Sequence record: PV231354.1
DNA: 64,000 nucleotides
Reading direction: 5' to 3' (one strand)
Shown here in pieces: positions 44,763 to 51,845 of this stretch. A program made the translations under genes and the position numbers. Position 1 is the stretch's first letter; each line of letters opens with the position of its first letter. A model generated the notes under the pieces. The model saw nothing but the letters and a program-made list of their open reading frames with translations, did not search any database and had not been told where the DNA came from.

Positions 44763-45073
44763 AGCGACTCCAGCCTCACGTCCGTCTCGTCCTGCTGGTC
44801 CAGAAGATGGGCTACGCCACCACCGAGCCGCTGCTGCGTCGCGAGGCGCGCGGCTGGATCGTCACCTCGGCCGCCCGCGTGGTCGGGCGCTTCCGGGCCT
44901 ATGACGCCGAGCCGGGCCTGACGTTTAACCCGCTGGAAGCCACGGGCTTTGCGTTCTCCACGATCGAGCAGGCGATCCGGTACGAGCGGCTGAAGATCGA
45001 GCCCAGCGCCTGGAACCAGCACAAGCGGCCGATCGAGTACCGCATCACCGACTACTTTGGGTCCGGCCGATGA
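44759..45073 (+). CDS. wHTH-like array member
   Basis: IEPSAWNQHKRPIEYRI. Confidence 0.7.
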   Translation: MKRLQPHVRLVLLVQKMGYATTEPLLRREARGWIVTSAARVVGRFRAYDAEPGLTFNPLEATGFAFSTIEQAIRYERLKIEPSAWNQHKRPIEYRITDYFGSGR

Positions 45074-45402
45074 GCAGCGCCATCCACAAGCTTCGCTCCC
45101 TGTTCGACCTGATCCAGAAGAGCTACCCGACGGCCGAGATCAGGCTGGAGCAGCAGGGCGGCGACGCCTACCGCGTGAAGATCGTCGAGTATGACGGCGC
45201 CGCGCGCGTCGGCTTCTACAGCGACCGCCTCGGCCAAGCCTTCACCCGCGAACTCGTCACGCCCGGCTTGCAGCGCCAGGGCGCGCGCTATCGCATCGGC
45301 ACGGTGCGCGAGGCGCTCAAGCGCTGGCCCACCGCCGTGCTCACGCCGACGGCCTGGAACGAGTCGCTCAAGCCCATCGACTACCGGCTGCTGCTCGCAT
45401 GA
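45070..45402 (+). CDS. wHTH-like array member
   Basis: LTPTAWNESLKPIDYRL. Confidence 0.7.
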   Translation: MSSAIHKLRSLFDLIQKSYPTAEIRLEQQGGDAYRVKIVEYDGAARVGFYSDRLGQAFTRELVTPGLQRQGARYRIGTVREALKRWPTAVLTPTAWNESLKPIDYRLLLA

Positions 45403-45731
45403 GATCGGCCGGCGCCCAGTTCCTCGACGTGATCAACGCGATCGGGCTCTACCCGTCTGAGACGGCCAAGCTGCTCCACGTCGAGGGCGACCGCTTCGTC
45501 CTGGAGGTCCCGCGCCGCGAGCGCTGGACGATCGGGGGCGACTACGGCTATGTCGCCCTGAACCCGCAGGGGCGTGTCGTGTACGCGGCACACCCTGCGC
45601 TGGCCAAGCCCTGGCGCCGGCGCACGTTCGAAGAGGCGGTGCGCACCTCGCCCGGCTGGCTGGCCCTGGAGGTCACCGCGCGCGATCAGAACCTCACCCC
45701 GGTCGGCTACACGTTGAGGGCGGTGCGATGA
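45399..45731 (+). CDS. wHTH-like array member
   Basis: LEVTARDQNLTPVGYTL. Confidence 0.7.
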   Translation: MRSAGAQFLDVINAIGLYPSETAKLLHVEGDRFVLEVPRRERWTIGGDYGYVALNPQGRVVYAAHPALAKPWRRRTFEEAVRTSPGWLALEVTARDQNLTPVGYTLRAVR

Positions 45732-46141
45732 AGCGCAAGATCAAGGTCCCCAGGTACACCCAATTCGAGCGCGCCTATCGGGCGCTCCTGATCCTGTCCC
45801 AGGACTATGCCGACCAGCCCTGTGACGGGTTCCCCGGCCGCGTCACGCTGGAGCGCCGCGAGTTCGGGCGCTGGGTGTTCCTTTGGGACAACCTGCCGAT
45901 GTGGGTCAACAACGACGCGGGCATGGTGCTGGTCGCGCGCGCCGAATTCGGCAAGCCGATCGCCCACTTCACCACCAAGACCGTGCGGACCATGATCCTG
46001 GCCTCGCGCGGTACGGTGCGCGCCTACGACGGCGACGCCTATTCCACGCGCCAGCCGCTGGGGCTGCTGCTGCCCGAGGCCTGGGACCAACAGGCGCGCG
46101 TGATCTGCTATCGGGTCTTGCCCCTCTCGGTGACTCTCTAG
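45728..46141 (+). CDS. wHTH-like array member
   Basis: LLPEAWDQQARVICYRV. Confidence 0.7.
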   Translation: MKRKIKVPRYTQFERAYRALLILSQDYADQPCDGFPGRVTLERREFGRWVFLWDNLPMWVNNDAGMVLVARAEFGKPIAHFTTKTVRTMILASRGTVRAYDGDAYSTRQPLGLLLPEAWDQQARVICYRVLPLSVTL

Positions 46142-46153
46142 TAAGGCTTCATT

Positions 46154-46507
46154 ATGAGCCTGAAAACCCTCCGCCCCGATCCTGAAGAGCGCGCCGCGCT
46201 CACCGAATTCTTCCGCACCACGCGCCTGTCGTGGATCATCCTGCCTGCCTCGGCCAAGCACTTCGTGGTGCGCCGCCTGGGCAAGGACGACGACATCAAG
46301 CGGTTCCTGAAGTTCATCGGCCACAAGGTGGTCGAGACTGGCGAGGGCCGGCCGACGTGGTTCCACATCGAAGACCTGGGCGACGCGCTGATGACGAACG
46401 CCGCGCGCGGCGACCTGACCGACCGCATCGGCGCCAACGGCTGGGGCTACGCAATCTTCGCGCCCGTGCCGCACGATGACGCGATTGACGACCGTCGTGA
46501 CGCTTGA
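46154..46507 (+). CDS. hypothetical protein
   Basis: ORF in operon. Confidence 0.7.
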   Translation: MSLKTLRPDPEERAALTEFFRTTRLSWIILPASAKHFVVRRLGKDDDIKRFLKFIGHKVVETGEGRPTWFHIEDLGDALMTNAARGDLTDRIGANGWGYAIFAPVPHDDAIDDRRDA

Positions 46508-46688
46508 CATCCGCAGGGCGGTCTATTAACCCTCTTCCCCGACATTAACAGTATGCGAGAAATTGAGGTCTAGGGCGCCGCTTACCCGGCTCCCCGCCTG
46601 CGCAGCCCCCAGACCCTGGAAGGGTGTCGCCCGGAGGCGCCGTAGGCGAACGCCGAAAATTTTTCGATACAAGAGGGGAAATATACCA

Positions 46689-47807
46689 ATGCCCAAGGGT
46701 CCCGTGCTCGACAAGTTCGTCAAGGGCAAGCGCTACAGCCAGCGGGAGTTCCTGCGCCTCGTCCTGGACACCGTCACGGCCATCACCGCCCTGCCGACCT
46801 ACGAGCGGGGATGCCGCGCCCGCGACGTCGCCGAGCGCTTTGGTGATCCGGCCTGGGGCGAGCGCGATAATCTCCAGATCATCGCCGTCACCCTCAACAA
46901 CCTGAAGAACCGCAACTACGTCCGCTCCCCCGAGCGCGGCCTGTTCCTGGTCAACGAGGGCAAGGCCAGCCTGGGCCTGGACGTGCAGGAGCAGATCGAG
47001 ATCGCCGTCGCCGACGTGCTCACCGCGCAGGGCGGCTACGGCCGGCGCAAGGTGATCGACGTCGCCATGGGGGCCGAGCGGTGGTCCAAGGAGCAGGTGA
47101 CGATCAACCGCGTCATCAACCAGAACGACCGCATCCGCCGCGACTACAAGGGCATGGCCTACGCGCTCTACAACCTCGCGCCCGAGGAACTCGCCCTGCT
47201 GCCCCAGCAGGGTCGGTGGCTGCATCTCCAGTCGGCCGCCGGCCTGCGGATGATCACCGGCAAGCCCACCCACGACATCTACAATCTGATCGAGAAGGCC
47301 GCCCGCCAGCAGTACCGCAACATCGGGGCGATCTTCCGGCTGGTGCTCGACCACATCGACGAGGAGTTCGTCGACGGCCTGGAGAACGACGACGACCTGC
47401 ACGACGCCATGAAGGCCTACACGCGCGCCTTCTCCGACATCGACTCGGCCGCGAAGCGGCTTATCGAGGAGCGCTACGGCCCGGCCGGCGACAAGTTCAC
47501 CGCCCTCCAGCAGAAGGGCTGGTCGCTCGACGAGATCGACACCGCCCGGCGCGACGCCCTGCTCGACTACGATCGCGACGCCCCGCTGCGGCTGATCGAC
47601 CTCTTCTGTGAGGGGGACGCCCATGCGCACGAGCGCGCGCCGATCGCCTTCTATGAGGCCTTCGCCAAATGGGCCGGGCTGGACGCGCCGGCGCTCAGCC
47701 GGGGCATCATCATGGCCGACCTGTCGCGGATCAAGCGGATGAGCAAGCTGGACGCCCTCGAAGACGGGCCGCTGCCTGGGTATGAGGACGCCGCGCCGGC
47801 CGAGTAG
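46689..47807 (+). CDS. protein with tandem wHTH-like N-terminus (possible replication initiator)
   Basis: RARDVAERF...LNNLKNRNYV...GLF; GAGGGG SD; start reassigned. Confidence 0.65.
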   Translation: MPKGPVLDKFVKGKRYSQREFLRLVLDTVTAITALPTYERGCRARDVAERFGDPAWGERDNLQIIAVTLNNLKNRNYVRSPERGLFLVNEGKASLGLDVQEQIEIAVADVLTAQGGYGRRKVIDVAMGAERWSKEQVTINRVINQNDRIRRDYKGMAYALYNLAPEELALLPQQGRWLHLQSAAGLRMITGKPTHDIYNLIEKAARQQYRNIGAIFRLVLDHIDEEFVDGLENDDDLHDAMKAYTRAFSDIDSAAKRLIEERYGPAGDKFTALQQKGWSLDEIDTARRDALLDYDRDAPLRLIDLFCEGDAHAHERAPIAFYEAFAKWAGLDAPALSRGIIMADLSRIKRMSKLDALEDGPLPGYEDAAPAE

Positions 47808-47820
47808 GGCTGGCCGGCCC

Positions 47821-48060
47821 CTACTCACTATAGGTCAAATGTGTACCCATATGTGTAAGCATGTTAATATACCTGTATGGGCATGCCACCCCTCCTATAC
47901 TTCTCCCTAGTCATTTGTGTATAACTATATAATACACTCTTATTATAACACACCATCTACTCACATTAATAACCAACTTTTAGATATATAGATACTTCTC
48001 CTTAGATGGGGGGTATAGAGAGGAGAAAATGAGCAGGATTGAGGGCTAGAAGTTTAATAG
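47821..48060. other. AT-rich non-coding island (candidate origin unwinding element)
   Basis: Hand count 88/240 G+C (~37%) in an otherwise high-GC window. Confidence 0.6.
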
Positions 48061-48125
48061 TCCTACTTTCTGCCGCCGGCAGGATCGAAACCAGCCGCGT
48101 CGGTCCTACCCGGCACTACCTGCCG

Positions 48126-48200
48126 GCCATACCCGACCGAAATCATCGCCCTACCTGACCGATCCCCGTCGCCAGCCATACCCGACCGATCCCCGTCGCC
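48126..48200 (+). repeat. interleaved direct repeats (iteron-like)
   Basis: GCCATACCCGACCGA at 48126 and 48175; GACCGATCCCCGTCGCC at 48157 and 48184. Confidence 0.7.
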
Positions 48201-48298
48201 GGCCGAAACCACCGCCCAACCCGGTAGCCGATAGCTGGTGACGCGCGTTCAGGTCCCGGAGGGAGAGCGCAGCGTTTCCAGGCCGCGTCGGCGGGGAG

Positions 48299-48327
48299 TT
48301 GACAGTCGTGGTTAACGACGCTAGATG
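48299..48327 (+). promoter_or_regulatory. sigma70-type promoter without the conserved leader
   Basis: TTGACA-N17-TAGATG. Confidence 0.6.
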
Positions 48328-48407
48328 TCGTGAATCTTGACATGCGGTGGTCTGCATGAGAGACATGGTTAACGAGATGGACCCACTTGGTCCCTCGGGA
48401 GCCGCTC

Positions 48408-49118
48408 ATGATCACCGCCCCCACCCTGCGTTCGACCAACCCCCAAGACCCGCGCCCGACCCATGTCGACCGCGACGTCCAGGTGCTGGCCATCAGCACG
48501 GCCCTGCCGGCGATCCTCGACTGGGCGCGCCTGCACCAGCCGGGCTTTGATGAGACCCACGCCGAGCACGCCCTGATCATCGCCCTGGAACTGGGCGGCG
48601 CGGACGCCTTCCGCATGGGGGTGGTGCTGGGCACCAAGTTCAACTGGCCGGTCGACTACACCTTGGTGCGGGCGATGAGCGCGGTGGTCGAGGCCCTGCC
48701 CACCGCCTACCGGGCGGTGACCGGCCGCTGGGCCGCCCGCACCGGCATCCGCTTCCCCGCCAAGGAAGGCGACACCATCGAGTTCCTCTCGGCCGCCGGC
48801 AAGCGCCTCGTCGGCAAGGTGGTGGGCGTCAGCGCCCTGACCGCCACCGCCTACGTCCAGCCCTCGAACGGGACCGAGTTCACCGATCCGCCGATCGAGA
48901 TCGCCGCCGAGGCGGTGGTCGCCAACGTCACCCAAAACCGCTTCACCCCTGAGACCCCGATCCTGGGCGCGCGCTACGACGATGCGCCGGCCCTGGGTGC
49001 GGCGGCCGAAGCCGCCAGGGTCAAGACGGCCGCCGGCGCGGCTTCGCCGCAGACCCCGGCGCCCTTCCCTCATCTCACTGACTTCCGCCCGGACCCCGAC
49101 GGGCCGGCCATCGCCTAG
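48408..49118 (+). CDS. hypothetical protein (KOW/SH3-like segment)
   Basis: KEGDTIEF...GKVVGV; start uncertain (48387 or 48408). Confidence 0.7.
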   Translation: MITAPTLRSTNPQDPRPTHVDRDVQVLAISTALPAILDWARLHQPGFDETHAEHALIIALELGGADAFRMGVVLGTKFNWPVDYTLVRAMSAVVEALPTAYRAVTGRWAARTGIRFPAKEGDTIEFLSAAGKRLVGKVVGVSALTATAYVQPSNGTEFTDPPIEIAAEAVVANVTQNRFTPETPILGARYDDAPALGAAAEAARVKTAAGAASPQTPAPFPHLTDFRPDPDGPAIA

Positions 49119-49127
49119 AGCAGGACC

Positions 49128-49304
49128 ATGAGCCTTTCCTACATCGACGATCCCGAGGAGTGCATCAAGGACGCGCTCGACCTCGATTTGCACGAGGTGG
49201 CGGTGGTTTGCCGCGACGCGTCGGGCGAACTCTACGTCCTGACCAATGTCAAGGGCCGGCGCCTGGAGCGCCTGATGGCCGACGGCGTGGACGTGACCGA
49301 ATGA
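49128..49304 (+). CDS. 58-aa hypothetical protein
   Basis: Manual ORF MSLSYIDDPEE..., AGGA SD. Confidence 0.65.
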   Translation: MSLSYIDDPEECIKDALDLDLHEVAVVCRDASGELYVLTNVKGRRLERLMADGVDVTE

Positions 49305-49582
49305 TCGCCGCCCACCAGCGCCCCTGCATGACGCCCGGCTGTCACTACCACATCCATGACAGCCCCGGCCGCATCCAGATCACCATCGACCTGCCGGCCG
49401 GCGTGTCGCTGAAGACCAACCAGCACGAGGTGCTGCACCTGATGGCCGAGATGGGCGTCGCCGCTGCCCTGGCCAATGACGGACAGGTCGAGCGCATCGA
49501 TCTGGCGAGCATGAAGCTCTACCAGGGCGCGTTCGAGAAGATGGCCGCCGAGCCCGATGACGACGCTGGCGGTGGTGCATGA
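49301..49582 (+). CDS. hypothetical protein
   Basis: ATGA overlap. Confidence 0.7.
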   Translation: MIAAHQRPCMTPGCHYHIHDSPGRIQITIDLPAGVSLKTNQHEVLHLMAEMGVAAALANDGQVERIDLASMKLYQGAFEKMAAEPDDDAGGGA

Positions 49583-50094
49583 AGATCATCGGCGTCGACC
49601 CCGGCATCTCCGGCGGCGTGGTGCTGCTCGACACCGAGGCCTGCTCGCTGACGGTCGCCGACATGCCCACCGAGCCCTCGACCAAGGGCCGCAGGCTCGC
49701 CTCCTCGGCCCTGCTCACCGTCTTCCTGCATGACGTCCAGCCCGATCACATCTTCCTCGAAGAGGTCGGGGTTCGTCCTGGCGAGGGCGCGGTCGGGGCC
49801 TTCTCGTTTGGTCGGGGCCTGGGGCGCCTGGAGGGCGTGGCGGCCGGCACCCGCACGGCGCTGACCACCGTCACCCCGCAGGAGTGGAAGCGCGTCACCA
49901 AGACGCCGGCCGACAAGAAGCGCGCCATCGCCCGCGCCTACCAACTCTTCCCCCGCTGCGTGAAGCTCTTCCAGGGGCCGCGCGGCGGTGAAAAGGACGG
50001 GCGCGCCGAAGCCGCCCTGATCGCCTTCTACGGGGCGATGAAGCTCGGCGTCGTCCCCAAAGCCCCCATCGAACCGGCGGAGTTCCCGGCTTGA
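49579..50094 (+). CDS. RuvC-like Holliday junction resolvase
   Basis: IIGVDPG, FLEEV, FSFG..LG, PQEWK, DGRAEAALIA. Confidence 0.88.
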   Translation: MKIIGVDPGISGGVVLLDTEACSLTVADMPTEPSTKGRRLASSALLTVFLHDVQPDHIFLEEVGVRPGEGAVGAFSFGRGLGRLEGVAAGTRTALTTVTPQEWKRVTKTPADKKRAIARAYQLFPRCVKLFQGPRGGEKDGRAEAALIAFYGAMKLGVVPKAPIEPAEFPA

Positions 50095-50744
50095 CCCAGC
50101 CCCAGTACCTGACGCGCGCGCAGCTTCCTCGCCAGCGCCTCCCGCTTCGCCGGTTGTCGCCCGCCGATCGCTCCGGCCCGATCCCGACCTATGACGGCGA
50201 CTACTCGTTCACCGCCGACCACCTGATCGACGATCCACGCGAGCCCAACATCGTGCCGATCGGTCTGCTGGACGAGCGCGGCGAGATGCTCCTGAAGGTC
50301 CACATGCCCATCAAGGTCAAGATGGGTTTCGCCCTGCCGCCGTCCGATCGTGACGACGCCGACGAGGTGGTCGCCTACGTGCCCGAGAGCCAGCTTATCG
50401 TCTCCGACATCGGCCTGGGTCAGGGCTTCGTCACGCCCAAGGAAGCCGACGAGGCCGAAGACCTGGACCCCGAGGACGACGAGGATGAGGGCGAGACCAC
50501 CGTGTCGATCCGCATCCCCGCCACCGAGTCGGTCATCGCCGCCCATGGCGCTATGCAGGAGGCGGCCGAGGCCGTCGCTGATCAGGTCACCGCCATGCAC
50601 GTGGCGCTCACTCCTGAGGGTCTCATCGTCCTGCGCGGTCTGGCCTCGGCCCAGACTGACGCGCTGATCGCTTTCCTCCAGGCCGCTCATGCCGCGCGCC
50701 AGGAGGTCACCCAGGAAAAGGTCGATGGCGGACAAGCAGCCTGA
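50091..50744 (+). CDS. acidic hypothetical protein
   Basis: ORF in the packaging operon. Confidence 0.7.
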   Translation: MTQPQYLTRAQLPRQRLPLRRLSPADRSGPIPTYDGDYSFTADHLIDDPREPNIVPIGLLDERGEMLLKVHMPIKVKMGFALPPSDRDDADEVVAYVPESQLIVSDIGLGQGFVTPKEADEAEDLDPEDDEDEGETTVSIRIPATESVIAAHGAMQEAAEAVADQVTAMHVALTPEGLIVLRGLASAQTDALIAFLQAAHAARQEVTQEKVDGGQAA

Positions 50745-51021
50745 TCTCTCCACCCGCGTGGGCGCGGCGCGCCATCACCGTGCCCACGATGCGGCGCTCG
50801 ACGCCTCGGTCTGCGCCTTCCACGACGCGGTGCGGATGTACACGGGCCTGACCGCCCAGGTCGACCTCAAGAAGGTCCGCCCCGCCATTGTCGAGGACTA
50901 CCGCCTCAATGCGATCGCCGCGTTCGAGGCCCTGCTCGACAACATGAAGAACGCCAGCGACGCGCTGGCCATCCTCAACGCAGTGCGCGCGGCCGATCCG
51001 CCCAAGCGCCCGGAACTCTGA
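50725..51021 (+). CDS. hypothetical protein
   Basis: Start reassigned to ATG 50725. Confidence 0.65.
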   Translation: MADKQPDLSTRVGAARHHRAHDAALDASVCAFHDAVRMYTGLTAQVDLKKVRPAIVEDYRLNAIAAFEALLDNMKNASDALAILNAVRAADPPKRPEL

Positions 51022-51025
51022 TCCC

Positions 51026-51832
51026 ATGCCTCGCCTCGCCAACGACCGCCAAGAAACCTACGCCATCATGCGCGCCAAGGGCATGAAGCCTCCCCAGGCG
51101 GCGGCGGCGGCCGGCTATGTCGCGGGCTCGGCCGTCTACAGCGAACTGGAGAAGGACCCCGACATCAAGGCCCGCGCCCAGGAACTGCTCGACGAGAACA
51201 ACCTCAAGCGCGACCAGATGCGCACGGCCGCCACCGAGGCGGCCAAGGTCGTCGGGCAGATGAGCGGCGTGTCCAAATCCTGGGTGCTCCAGAAGCTGGC
51301 CGAGAACGCCCAGATGGCGGCCCAGGACGGCGACTACAAGGAGAGCAACGCGGCTCTGAAGCTGATCGGCGATGAGTTCGGCATGTTCACCGGCGCGTCC
51401 GGCGAGGGCACCGACCAGGGTGACGGTAAGCGCGCCTACGACCTCGACACCATGAGCGCCCTGCTCGACAAGGCCGCCGAGAGCCTGCCCGCGCCGGCGC
51501 CCAAGGTTGACCCCAACGTCGCCTTCGACCTGATCGCTGGCCAGGGCGAGGCCGCCAAGCGCGCCCGCCAGAGCCGCGCCTTCTCCGACGGCGAGGAAGC
51601 CGACATGGCCTTCACCGAGGCGGCCGACATCGACGCCGTGCCCGACGGCCCCTGGTCGGGTCCCGCGCCGGAAGACTTCCTGAGCGACGAGGAGCCCGAG
51701 GCGATGGTCGGGGAATCCTTCGAGCGCATCGATCCCAAGACCTCTCCCGAAGAGATCATGGCCCGCATCACGCAGGCCGACCAATCCCCGACTTCCAGCG
51801 ACGATCGGCCCAAGCGCCGGTCCTCGCGCTGA
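51026..51832 (+). CDS. terS: terminase small subunit
   Basis: N-terminal RQETY...QAAAAAGY HTH pattern; directly upstream of terL. Confidence 0.75.
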   Translation: MPRLANDRQETYAIMRAKGMKPPQAAAAAGYVAGSAVYSELEKDPDIKARAQELLDENNLKRDQMRTAATEAAKVVGQMSGVSKSWVLQKLAENAQMAAQDGDYKESNAALKLIGDEFGMFTGASGEGTDQGDGKRAYDLDTMSALLDKAAESLPAPAPKVDPNVAFDLIAGQGEAAKRARQSRAFSDGEEADMAFTEAADIDAVPDGPWSGPAPEDFLSDEEPEAMVGESFERIDPKTSPEEIMARITQADQSPTSSDDRPKRRSSR

Positions 51833-51845
51833 CCACTGATCGTCT

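Noticed and set aside
46504-46530. TTGACA...TATTAA promoter
   Set aside because: Spacing is 14 nt; not called.
47821-48200. DnaA boxes at the candidate origin
   Set aside because: No TTATCCACA or TGATCCACA match seen.
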